Virus record (IMG/VR): IMGVR_UViG_3300033073_001153
Coordinates: 160,001-224,000 of that record
Source: a virus
Lineage: Duplodnaviria > Caudoviricetes
Reading direction: 5' to 3' (one strand)
DNA length: 64,000 nt
The notes below the pieces were generated by a model that saw only the letters and a program-made list of their open reading frames with translations, did not search any database and was not told the origin of the DNA. The number at the start of each line of letters is the position of its first letter. Position 1 is the first letter of the stretch. Shown in pieces: positions 28,401 through 36,721 of this stretch. The position numbers were made by a program, and so were the translations under genes.

Positions 28401-28734
28401 TCAAAGCACTACATTAAAACTTCGTAGTGGAAGTAAATTCGTAGCATTAAATGCAGGAGAATCAACTGCAATTAATGTTTATGTAAGAAAATCTACTTTA
28501 GCTACAAATGGTGCTGCTTATAATGGAAATTCTCCTCGTTTAATGTTAAAACGTAACGGAGCTATGGGAATCAATTCTGATATTGTGATGGATCAACTTG
28601 ATACAACTTCAGAAAACTTCCTAAAACTTGGTGGAGTTTCACCAGCAGTAACAGATAGCGGAGTTCTTGAGTTTTATGTCGATTGTGATGGAACTCAAGG
28701 ATGGATTAATATCGACAATTGGACAGCAAACTAA
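25402..28734 (+). CDS. paralogous beta-helix spike with an inserted LamG/ConA domain
   Basis: colinear with the 22665 gene; insert DFTIEMYVK...WHHVAIV...LYIDG...GKISNLRF. Confidence 0.75.
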   Translation: MANYFLLRDGLLGDTGTYGISMSGAEKLNNSTGYKLTTNDSWSTQLSGASSNIIDSIAIHLSGRSANPTGTLTLQISSRTFSPTTLGTYPISSFTSYYGVNDQMSNYPLNWQLLKLSTPFTNTNTFFRVNLKTSNSDQLSLMALSTVNGISYDLMCIRDTYVASPPNILHIGSKLDGYSTENRTITASTGTYNDIYIHKNGSLVFPTSSTTLSVIGTSGIQITSEGTLQIGSSSSPVADTTTHQILLSSTIGVNNYSVLNTYGAYKLPYATFSEDYAAGTNVFITLESLSTTWKANDNVVLLPNTTTNNTIDTSTVNSFLTEKRVVTNSSTSFAHPVVSYLPNIANLTRNVKIGGFSSIAKGTIKSLNNSNVNLNNTEFLCIRGSLASDNSSYVSLSGCTLSGFGGETLHSSTNTNSTEFSGSRLVGPIGVTDFDINPGTDFTIEMYVKTYTVAGTIQDIFYYGTASPLANSDYGILTRIQGNKFTAAFYVGAAATAVLTANAINENTWHHVAIVASNSALKLYIDGTSLDQSTQVNYNYNNTTFRPIIGGNLGGNLWLQGKISNLRFVRGKAVYTSNFTPPTSALGLITESGVTNLVLACQSPDFVDTGDLKLPLSGYNINNIKFDADSVFGSQYKNCNINNCVTFKTKYGITLNNGISSNNTINNNLILSSMYSGIYINNGGMGSISSSNNNISVGPSTYGTYLENNANNKTLNGIINYDNTYGTYIKTAHSGVISNITNTYNTSGGVYVDGNTQNLSSTIFRNITASNNKTVGFIVSGNSINHLSPVILNIDGLVANSNLNGGFEGYCIAGNLSSIQLSGNSGNYAMKTSIGNYYTTIDGITALTNDVVGTSAAIGILSAINYYPTVIKNSKVGKAVGSSVYGAAISLDSTKFSQFNVYNSTVSGGSSDFQLRNTNGVIEGSYLIGNTNIGNLPVGAGVTSSNYQSDVLKTTGFAFTNMNNASGYNVTYLAAGTRQIDSTTTCNINESTSPSERLTPQSTTLKLRSGSKFVALNAGESTAINVYVRKSTLATNGAAYNGNSPRLMLKRNGAMGINSDIVMDQLDTTSENFLKLGGVSPAVTDSGVLEFYVDCDGTQGWINIDNWTAN

Positions 28735-28746
28735 AAATAAATAATT

Positions 28747-28938
28747 ATGGCTAATCAAAATCCTGACGGAAAAGTAAATTATTGGTATGAAGGTGTATCT
28801 TCCACCTTGATCAAAAGTACTTCAAATGCTCCTATTGGTGCTTTGAATTATTGGTACAATGGAAGTCCCCAAGGCTTTCTATTAGATTCCAAATTAGAAT
28901 CAAAAGCAAGAAATTTCGCAGTTCTTATTGGTTTCTAA
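28747..28938 (+). CDS. small protein with two NYWY repeats
   Basis: GKVNYWYEG / GALNYWYNG; followed by a terminator. Confidence 0.65.
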   Translation: MANQNPDGKVNYWYEGVSSTLIKSTSNAPIGALNYWYNGSPQGFLLDSKLESKARNFAVLIGF

Positions 28939-28960
28939 AAAAAAAACAAAACACAAACAC

Positions 28961-29000
28961 AAATATCTCCTACTGGTTCGCTGGTAGGAGATATTTTTTT
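28961..29000 (+). terminator. intrinsic terminator (UUCG loop)
   Basis: AAATATCTCCTACTGG-TTCG-CTGGTAGGAGATATTTTTTT. Confidence 0.9.
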
Positions 29001-29040
29001 GCCATAAGTGCTTTTTTAATTTAAAACCATAAATAATAAG

Positions 29041-30153
29041 ATGGATGATATTCTTGCAAAGCATTTAGCAAAAACATTGCTTTTTAAAGAAACTAAAAAA
29101 TCGCCTTTAAAAAAATCTGATAATAATTACAAATACAAATTAATAGATGGAAAATACTATATAAATGTAGGGTCTAAATTATTTATATCAGAAAAAATAG
29201 GTATTTGGAAAAACAAAGATGTTGTAAAAGTAAATGATAGCAACTTTATCGTAATGGAAAATAGTAATACTATGATTCCATTAAATCATTTATCTAGAGA
29301 AGAATTTGAAAATAATTTCACAAGTATTGAAAATATTCCTAGAAATAAAAATTCAAATTTTCAATCAAAACCGTCTTTTTTACAATCTAGTAAAAAAGAA
29401 GAACCTGAAAAGCTCAAAAGTAAAATAGATTCGACAAAAAAAGAAGAACCTTCTTTCAAAAAAGAAAGAATAACAAATCCAATAAAATCAAAAGAAATTG
29501 AATCTCCATCAAAAACTTCCGAATCTACATTAAAATATACAGATTCCGAAGAAATTACAGAACCTTCATTAAAAGAACCAACAGAATCAGAAGAAACGTC
29601 TACTGAAAAATATATAGATAATATTAAATCAGAAGAAATAGAAGAAGATGCCGAAGAAACTGCTGAAACAAATTCTTTTTTTGATTTATTAGATAAGAAA
29701 AAAGACGATCCAAGAGTTAAAAAATTCTTTAATTATCATGCAGATGCAATGAAAAAAGAATTTACGCAAATTATAGAAAAAGTAAAATCTTCTCAAATGT
29801 CAAGAGCAATGGAAAGTGGGGGAGGAACAAATGCTGTTCAATATGCAAATGGCGGCACAATGGATGGAGATTTAAATGTTACTCATAGAATTGTAGCAGA
29901 AACTATAAATGATTTTGACGGAAGACAATTACTTTTTAAGAGAACATTCAATATAACTGGAGATGGATCAAATAAAGAATTTACATTTAATCATAATTTA
30001 AATACAAAAGACATTTTAATTAATGTTTATGATTCTGTAACTAGTCAATTAGTGTTTGTTACAAGTGTTAATACAGATTTAAATAATACCACAATAGAAT
30101 TCCCAAACAATCTACAAGTAGGTGAAAATTACAGAGTAATTTTAATTGCATAA
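29041..30153 (+). CDS. late structural protein with C-terminal HNL-type domain
   Basis: ESGGGTNAVQYANGGTMDG...HNLNTKD; paralogue of 30190. Confidence 0.7.
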   Translation: MDDILAKHLAKTLLFKETKKSPLKKSDNNYKYKLIDGKYYINVGSKLFISEKIGIWKNKDVVKVNDSNFIVMENSNTMIPLNHLSREEFENNFTSIENIPRNKNSNFQSKPSFLQSSKKEEPEKLKSKIDSTKKEEPSFKKERITNPIKSKEIESPSKTSESTLKYTDSEEITEPSLKEPTESEETSTEKYIDNIKSEEIEEDAEETAETNSFFDLLDKKKDDPRVKKFFNYHADAMKKEFTQIIEKVKSSQMSRAMESGGGTNAVQYANGGTMDGDLNVTHRIVAETINDFDGRQLLFKRTFNITGDGSNKEFTFNHNLNTKDILINVYDSVTSQLVFVTSVNTDLNNTTIEFPNNLQVGENYRVILIA

Positions 30154-30848
30154 TTAGCTTTTTTGAATGTTTCGTCTAAATAATGTTAAATGAAAGTCTC
30201 TCTAGAAGGTCAAGAAATTAAAAATTACCAGTTCACTTATGAAGGAGTGAATATGTTGGGCTTTGATTCTATAGATGAAATATATTTTGATGTTTTTGAA
30301 ATTAAAACAAAGCAATATCAAATTATAAAAGAAAAAAAAGAAGAAAAAAACGGTTTACCAGTAGTAGAATTAGACGTAACTGTAGATAATGTAGTTTTCA
30401 AAAACGTAAAATTCCAATTAACGAAAGAAAATGTTGTAAAAATAAATCAAAATACATTAAACAGAAGAAATGCTTCTATTATAGAAAATAAAATACCATT
30501 AATTAATAAAAATAATAAACCTGCCTTAATTAAAGAACAAAATTTATCAAAAAAACCTATCGAAAAACCTGTAAAAGAAGAATTAAAAAAAATTATACAA
30601 AAAGAATCTAAAACAGGATTAATAAAGCAGCTTATCAAGGAAAATACCGAAGAATTATTTAGAGAATTATTATTAACTGATAACGGAGATAAACAAATAC
30701 AAAAATTTTTCGAAGGATATACAAATAGTTTCAAAAAAAGTTTCGTAGAAATGGCAGAAAAAATTGCCAGACGTGAATCTCTTCGTTTTAGTGAAAGCGG
30801 AGGAGGTTCAAATGCTGTTCAATATGCAAATGGCGGCACAATGGATGG
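29828..30848 (+). repeat. perfect 40-bp direct repeat (29828-29867 and 30809-30848)
   Basis: CAAATGCTGTTCAATATGCAAATGGCGGCACAATGGATGG identical in both paralogues. Confidence 0.95.
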
Positions 30849-31134
30849 TGATTTAACAGTAACACAAACCATAGTAGCAGAAAGTATTACAGACACAAAA
30901 GGAAGACAATTAGTTTCTAAATTAGTTTTTAATATAATGGGAAATAATACAACAAGAACATATACACTTAATCATAATTTAGATACTAAAAATATTATTA
31001 TAAATGTTTATGATATAAATACAGACGAATTGGTATTCGTTTCTTGTAAAAATATAGATAATAACAATACTACCATACAATTTCCAAATAATTTAATTTC
31101 TGGTGAAAATTATCGAGTAATTTTATTTGCTTAA
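30190..31134 (+). CDS. late structural protein, paralogue of 29041
   Basis: same C-terminal ~150 aa architecture. Confidence 0.7.
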   Translation: MKVSLEGQEIKNYQFTYEGVNMLGFDSIDEIYFDVFEIKTKQYQIIKEKKEEKNGLPVVELDVTVDNVVFKNVKFQLTKENVVKINQNTLNRRNASIIENKIPLINKNNKPALIKEQNLSKKPIEKPVKEELKKIIQKESKTGLIKQLIKENTEELFRELLLTDNGDKQIQKFFEGYTNSFKKSFVEMAEKIARRESLRFSESGGGSNAVQYANGGTMDGDLTVTQTIVAESITDTKGRQLVSKLVFNIMGNNTTRTYTLNHNLDTKNIIINVYDINTDELVFVSCKNIDNNNTTIQFPNNLISGENYRVILFA

Positions 31135-31152
31135 AACTAAATACTAAAACAT

Positions 31153-31824
31153 ATGTCAAATGTACGAATTCTCCAAGATGTAGTAATTTATAATTCATTA
31201 ACAGCTTCCAGTAATTTATATGTAACAGAAAACGCAGTTGCAAAAAATTTAGCTGTAGGTGATTTTGGTAATGTTTCCCCAGATCCTACAAAAACACTTT
31301 ATGTATCAGGAGATACCTTCATAGATGGTATGTTAACTGTTACTGGAAGTGCTAATTTTGTTAATACCACTTTTAGTACTACCAGCGCATTAAGTGTTGT
31401 AAACAATGGAACTGGTCCTAGTATTGTTGGTATCCAAAATGGAGAAGAAGCAATTGCTGCTTTTTACGATGACACTGATATTGCACTTTGGGTTGATGGT
31501 GTAGCTTCTCGTCCCGGTTATGTTGGTATTGGTACAAAAGAACCAAACGAAAAATTAACAGTTGTAGGAAATATTTCTGCAAGTGGAAGAATTTATGGAA
31601 ATGGAATGCTCAGTAAATTCGTTTCTGCATTTGGAAATACTACTGATACTGTTTATACTATCACTCATGATTTAGGAGTACAAGATGTAGTAAGTACTGT
31701 TATTGATAATTCTACTTTTGAAGTGGTTTATCCATCAGTAACATATACTGCTATGAATGAAATTACAGTAGAATTTTCAAATATTCCCGGAGATAACGCA
31801 TATAAAGTTATTATTGTTGGATAA
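31153..31824 (+). CDS. short fibre protein
   Basis: VGIGTKEPNEKLTVVGNISASG fibre motif; C-terminal THDLG domain. Confidence 0.7.
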   Translation: MSNVRILQDVVIYNSLTASSNLYVTENAVAKNLAVGDFGNVSPDPTKTLYVSGDTFIDGMLTVTGSANFVNTTFSTTSALSVVNNGTGPSIVGIQNGEEAIAAFYDDTDIALWVDGVASRPGYVGIGTKEPNEKLTVVGNISASGRIYGNGMLSKFVSAFGNTTDTVYTITHDLGVQDVVSTVIDNSTFEVVYPSVTYTAMNEITVEFSNIPGDNAYKVIIVG

Positions 31825-31846
31825 TTACTTAAAAATATATTTTTAT

Positions 31847-31883
31847 AATAACTCGTTCATTGATTTGAACGAGTTATTTTTTT
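31847..31883 (+). terminator. intrinsic terminator
   Basis: AATAACTCGTTCA-loop-TGAACGAGTTATTTTTTT. Confidence 0.85.
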
Positions 31884-31903
31884 ATTTTTTGATAAATAGT
31901 TGT

Positions 31904-34864
31904 ATGTCACGGTTTTTATCACCTAATGAAACTATTCAAGGAATAGCATCTGGAAAAGATTCTTATTGGGATAATGTTTATGCACACAATATTCTTTCTG
32001 GTAATGAAGGGTTTTTTACTCAAAATATATCAGCATACGAATTTATTGGAAAAGGGAGTGGGTTAACTGATGTATACGGAACAGATGGAACTAAATTGCC
32101 ATTAAGTGGTGGTGTATTAACAGGACAATTAGATGGTACTACAGGAATTTTTACTACTTCATTAAGTGCTCCTAATTTAAGTGGAAGTTTTTATGGTGAT
32201 GGAAGTGGTTTGACAAACGTAACCGGAATTGATGGCACTAAACTACCATTATCTGGAGGAAGAGTAGATGGAGATTTAGTAATTAACGGATCGCTTACTG
32301 CATTAAGTAGTGCTACTTTTGTTAATACGACATTTACAACTACTAGTGCATTGAGTGTTCTTAATTATGGTATTGGTCCTGCTTTGTATGTTTTTCAAAC
32401 AAGTGGTCTATATGATATTGCTTCTTTTTATGATCAAGATTATGGTGAAGTTTTTCACATTGGTAATGACGGAAAAATAGGAGTTAAAGAATCAAGTCCA
32501 AATAAAGAATTAACAGTTAATGGAGAAATCAGCGCAAAAGGTGATATATGGGCTGATAAATTTCGTGGAGATGGAAGTCTTTTAACAAATATAGTAGGAA
32601 CAGATGGTACTAAATTACCACTAAGTGGCGGTGTATTAACTGATTCTTTAACAGGAACTGTAGGGTTGTTTACAACTTCATTAAGTGCTCCTAATTTAAG
32701 TGGAAGTTTTTATGGAAATGGTAGTGGTTTGACAAATATAGTAGGAACAGATGGAACAAAACTACCACTAAGTGGGGGAACATTAACTGGTGGGATTACT
32801 GGAACTACGGCTATATTTAATTCATTAAGTGTTGGAAGTATTAGTGGAAATTTTTACGGAGATGTATCAAACGGTACAAATGCTCCTCATTACTATGTAA
32901 CATGTCGTACTGCTGTAAATCAAAGCGGAGAAATGAATATTAGTGTAAACCCGCATACATTTACATATTTTACTACTGGTGCTTTAACAGCAATAGATGG
33001 AGTAATTCCAGCAGTAGGTGATATTATTTTATTTGGAGGACAAACCACATCAACTCAAAGTGGTCCTTGGAAAGTTGTTAATGCTGGATCGGTAGGAGTT
33101 TCAGCAGTATTAGAACGTCCTGTATTTTTTAGAGGAACTGTTAAATTCGGAACATCTTTTACAATTTCTAAAGGAACAAGTTTTCAAGGAAGTACTTACA
33201 ATCTTTTTTCTGCTCCTGCTGGAATTAATGATATTACAGTAGGATCTACAAATGTATTTTTTGGGATATCTTTTACTAGAGGAGCAAACAATGCTACAAA
33301 TTCTACTAATACATTTACAGGAACACAAACTTTAGCAGTAGGAACTACTACACTAGCACCTTTAAGATTTCAAGCAGGTACATTATTAACCACACCAGTT
33401 CAAAATACTGTAGAATGGGATGGTAATTTCATGTATCTTACTACATCTGGAGCAAATAGCGCAAGAACAACAAACGTAGTTTTTGTTTCCGCACCTGCTA
33501 CTGGTTCTTCTTATGGATTAGCAGGACAAGTTGCTTATGATTCTAGTTTCTTCTATGTTTGTACTGCTACTAATACATGGTTAAAAGCACCATTAACAAC
33601 ATCTGGAGTATTAACAGATGGAACTAAATTACCATTAAGCGGTGGTATATTAACTGGATCATTAACAGGAACAACTGGTTTATTTACTACTTCATTAAGT
33701 GCTCCGAATTTAAGTGGAACTTTTTATGGTGATGGAAGTAAATTAACCGGAATAATTACATCTGTAATAGATGGAACTAAATTACCATTAAGTGGTGGCG
33801 TATTAACCGGACCATTAACTGGTACTGTTGGTTTATTTACTACATCGTTAAGTGCACCAAATCTTAGTGGAAGTTTTTATGGAAATGGTAGCGGTTTAAC
33901 AAACATAACAGGAACAGATGGAACCAAATTACCACTAAGTGGTGGTACTTTAACAGGTTCCTTGACAGGAACTGTAGGGTTGTTTACTACTTATTTGAGT
34001 TCTGTTAGTGTTAGTGGAACTTTTTATGGTGATGGTAGTAAATTAACAGGAATTTTAGGAACAGATGGAACTAAATTACCATTAAGTGGTGGTACATTAA
34101 CTGGTTCATTAACAGGAACAACTGGATTATTTACTACTTCATTAAGTGCTCCTAATTTAAGCGGAACATTTTATGGAAATGGTAGCGGTTTAACAAATGT
34201 AACAGGAACAGATGGTACTAAGTTACCGCTAAGTGGTGGTGTATTAACTGATTCCTTAACAGGAACAACTGGATTATTTACTATCTCATTAAGTGCTCCT
34301 AATTTAAGCGGAACATTTTATGGTGATGGAAGTAAATTAACAGGAATAGCTGGTGGTGGTGGCGGAACAGATGGTACTAAACTACCATTAAGTGGTGGTA
34401 CATTGACTGGAGGAATTACTGGAACAACTGCAACTTTTACAAATTCAGTAAGTTCGCCAAATATTAGTGGAACATTTTATGGTGATGGTGGAAATCTTTA
34501 TAATATACAATCACAAATAAACTTTATATTCGATGGAAGTGGTAGTACTGTTGCTCTAAATTCAATAGGAACAGTTCAAATACCATACAATATAAAAATT
34601 GTATCATGGACATTATTATCTAATTTATCATCAACTACAGAAGTTCAGGTATTAACTTCTAATTATGCTAATCATCCAACATATACTCTAATATCAGGAA
34701 CTACAAATTCTCCAAAATTAGTTAATTCAACTAAAGCAGAATCTTCTTCTATGACAGATTGGGTTACTGCAATACCTGCAAATTATTATTTGCAATTTAA
34801 AGTAAATTCCAATGATTCAGCAACTAATTTAACAATTGCTCTTAAATGTTTAAGAAGTAGTTAA
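31904..34864 (+). CDS. long tail fibre protein (start revised to ATG 31904)
   Basis: ten DGTKLPLSGG shaft repeats; terminator and TAAATA lie inside the track's 5' extension. Confidence 0.85.
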   Translation: MSRFLSPNETIQGIASGKDSYWDNVYAHNILSGNEGFFTQNISAYEFIGKGSGLTDVYGTDGTKLPLSGGVLTGQLDGTTGIFTTSLSAPNLSGSFYGDGSGLTNVTGIDGTKLPLSGGRVDGDLVINGSLTALSSATFVNTTFTTTSALSVLNYGIGPALYVFQTSGLYDIASFYDQDYGEVFHIGNDGKIGVKESSPNKELTVNGEISAKGDIWADKFRGDGSLLTNIVGTDGTKLPLSGGVLTDSLTGTVGLFTTSLSAPNLSGSFYGNGSGLTNIVGTDGTKLPLSGGTLTGGITGTTAIFNSLSVGSISGNFYGDVSNGTNAPHYYVTCRTAVNQSGEMNISVNPHTFTYFTTGALTAIDGVIPAVGDIILFGGQTTSTQSGPWKVVNAGSVGVSAVLERPVFFRGTVKFGTSFTISKGTSFQGSTYNLFSAPAGINDITVGSTNVFFGISFTRGANNATNSTNTFTGTQTLAVGTTTLAPLRFQAGTLLTTPVQNTVEWDGNFMYLTTSGANSARTTNVVFVSAPATGSSYGLAGQVAYDSSFFYVCTATNTWLKAPLTTSGVLTDGTKLPLSGGILTGSLTGTTGLFTTSLSAPNLSGTFYGDGSKLTGIITSVIDGTKLPLSGGVLTGPLTGTVGLFTTSLSAPNLSGSFYGNGSGLTNITGTDGTKLPLSGGTLTGSLTGTVGLFTTYLSSVSVSGTFYGDGSKLTGILGTDGTKLPLSGGTLTGSLTGTTGLFTTSLSAPNLSGTFYGNGSGLTNVTGTDGTKLPLSGGVLTDSLTGTTGLFTISLSAPNLSGTFYGDGSKLTGIAGGGGGTDGTKLPLSGGTLTGGITGTTATFTNSVSSPNISGTFYGDGGNLYNIQSQINFIFDGSGSTVALNSIGTVQIPYNIKIVSWTLLSNLSSTTEVQVLTSNYANHPTYTLISGTTNSPKLVNSTKAESSSMTDWVTAIPANYYLQFKVNSNDSATNLTIALKCLRSS
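32084..34500 (+). repeat. ~147-bp (49-aa) fibre shaft repeats, 10 copies in three blocks
   Basis: starts at 32084, 32231, 32603, 32750, 33617, 33770, 33917, 34064, 34211, 34370. Confidence 0.9.
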
Positions 34865-35142
34865 GAATCAAGAGATGGTGGTGATTTAATTCGTTCTACG
34901 TAATCATCACCATCTTTTTTCATTACAGAAAGCCATTTAAATACTTCTTTTGAAAATTCATGCTGTTTTGAATCTTCTACATTTGAAAGATAACGATCAA
35001 AAATTAGATACATTAATCCACCTACCCATGCCGGGTCAATTTCATGTGATTGGACATCTTCTATAGCTGGATTCCACTCTCCAAATTCATTTTTTAATCG
35101 ATGAATTTTGAAAATTAATTCTGTTTCAACAAAATCGCTCAT
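34861..35142 (-). CDS. hypothetical protein
   Basis: 93-aa ORF. Confidence 0.65.
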   Translation of the reverse strand: MSDFVETELIFKIHRLKNEFGEWNPAIEDVQSHEIDPAWVGGLMYLIFDRYLSNVEDSKQHEFSKEVFKWLSVMKKDGDDYVERIKSPPSLDS

Positions 35143-35414
35143 TATCTGTTTTTTCCTAAAGTTTTAATAGAACAAAAACAATTTTCGTAAATATCACATT
35201 TAATACAAGTTCTATCACTATCTAAAAATCTATTAGGAAATAAACATGTTCCTTTTGTAAGGAATTCTACTTCTGCTTTATCTTTCTTTAAATTAACTGG
35301 AAATGTTCTTTTACCAACAAAATTATAATCTTCCGCCGCTTCTAATAAATTATTCAATTGAATAGATTTTTTAGTATTATACTTACCCCTTTTTTTGTTT
35401 TCTTCTTCTTTCAT
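35142..35414 (-). CDS. small Cys-rich protein
   Basis: CxxP...CxxC....CxC. Confidence 0.65.
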   Translation of the reverse strand: MKEEENKKRGKYNTKKSIQLNNLLEAAEDYNFVGKRTFPVNLKKDKAEVEFLTKGTCLFPNRFLDSDRTCIKCDIYENCFCSIKTLGKNR

Positions 35415-35420
35415 TTATTT

Positions 35421-35912
35421 TTAGATTTCAGGAATTTCTTTATTTTTCTTTTTTCCTTTTTTATTGCCTATAGATTCGTTTCTATAATCATATTCTTCGT
35501 AATCTTCCCATACATCTTCTGGAGTTGGAGTAATTGTATTAAAATAATCATCTTCAGTAGGAAGTACAGTACTAAAATTATTAAATTGATCTAGTGATTC
35601 CACAATAGGATCTATTAAAGAAGAATTATTCCAACAATTTTGATAAAATTCTAATCCTTTTGATACTGCTTCAAAACATGCATATAAATAAGTATTTTTC
35701 TTATCATAAAATACTTGTCTATATAATGAAAATGCTAACTCATCTCCAATTTCTTTATACTTATCTGCAATAGAAGGAGACAATTTCTTCAAAATTGAAG
35801 ATCTCACTGTGGATGCATCCTGTTTCTTGCTATCGAATTTTAAATTTTCGATAAAAATCCAGAAGTTTTGTGTTGCTTCTTTCCCGAATTTATTAATTAT
35901 TTCTTGCTGCAT
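35421..35912 (-). CDS. hypothetical protein
   Basis: 163-aa ORF. Confidence 0.65.
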   Translation of the reverse strand: MQQEIINKFGKEATQNFWIFIENLKFDSKKQDASTVRSSILKKLSPSIADKYKEIGDELAFSLYRQVFYDKKNTYLYACFEAVSKGLEFYQNCWNNSSLIDPIVESLDQFNNFSTVLPTEDDYFNTITPTPEDVWEDYEEYDYRNESIGNKKGKKKNKEIPEI

Positions 35913-35966
35913 TTAGGTTTTAATAATAAAGGTTGACATGTTCAGTATTATATTACCATAATGCCT

Positions 35967-36674
35967 CTATTTTTCAACTCGTTCTTTTTTGTTTTTTAAA
36001 ATATCTCTTACAGTTGGCTTCATGTAAATACATGCATATTCTTGCCAAAATGTTTTTTCTGAAAATTCTCGTAGATAAAAAATTCTTAATCCTGCACATT
36101 TTTTACCTGACAACTTTTCATGCATATGTGCATAAATAGACATTTGAATAGTATAAGTTGTAAATTCACACTGGGGTAGATATTCGATTGGTTCGTAGAA
36201 ATACTCGTTATATTTGTTATCAAAATTAAAACGCTTGTTCGTTTTAAAATCCATTACATGAAAAATGTCTCCATTCTCTACAATAAGGTCTGCGGTTCCT
36301 GCTAGTTTATCTTCATGTGAATAAAGAAGAACTTCACTGAGTACATTTGAATCTGGTTTTAAAATACCATTTGTTTTTTTGATAAAAGAATTCACGAGTT
36401 CTTCGTAACCCTTTTCAATTTTATTAAATTTAATATAATTCTCCATGACTAAATGGACATTCGTACCACGAGTTTGTGCGGTTGTGGTAATTTCACTCCA
36501 TTTGTCAAGAATTTCTTGTTGAGATTTTCCTTCTCTTTGAGCTACGTGTTTACTCCATTTGTCACTGTCAAATTTCTTTTTAAAAGAATTGATTAACGTA
36601 GTTACAGAAGTGTACGTTTCTCCAGTTTCAGTGTTGGTGTAAGTATGTGTATCGTGATCTAGAATTACAGGCAT
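35967..36674 (-). CDS. PD-(D/E)XK exonuclease (RecB/Cas4-like)
   Basis: SVTT, RGTNVH, LAGTADL, DFKT, YTIQMSIY. Confidence 0.85.
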   Translation of the reverse strand: MPVILDHDTHTYTNTETGETYTSVTTLINSFKKKFDSDKWSKHVAQREGKSQQEILDKWSEITTTAQTRGTNVHLVMENYIKFNKIEKGYEELVNSFIKKTNGILKPDSNVLSEVLLYSHEDKLAGTADLIVENGDIFHVMDFKTNKRFNFDNKYNEYFYEPIEYLPQCEFTTYTIQMSIYAHMHEKLSGKKCAGLRIFYLREFSEKTFWQEYACIYMKPTVRDILKNKKERVEK

Positions 36675-36680
36675 TTTTAC

Positions 36681-36709
36681 ACTTTAATCAAAAGAATAAA
36701 AAATGTAAA
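36681..36709 (-). promoter_or_regulatory. sigma70-like promoter (leaderless)
   Basis: TTTACA-N17-TAAAGT, 6 nt before ATG 36674. Confidence 0.55.
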
Positions 36710-36721
36710 GAAAAAAAATCA

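Noticed and set aside
31814-31903. ORF-track 5' extensions (31814, 58381, 1829, 59766)
   Set aside because: They run through terminators, promoters or neighbouring genes; downstream ATGs fit better
35967-36674. cas4 as part of a CRISPR-Cas locus
   Set aside because: No other cas genes or array, and no complete Fe-S cysteine set; a stand-alone phage exonuclease fits better
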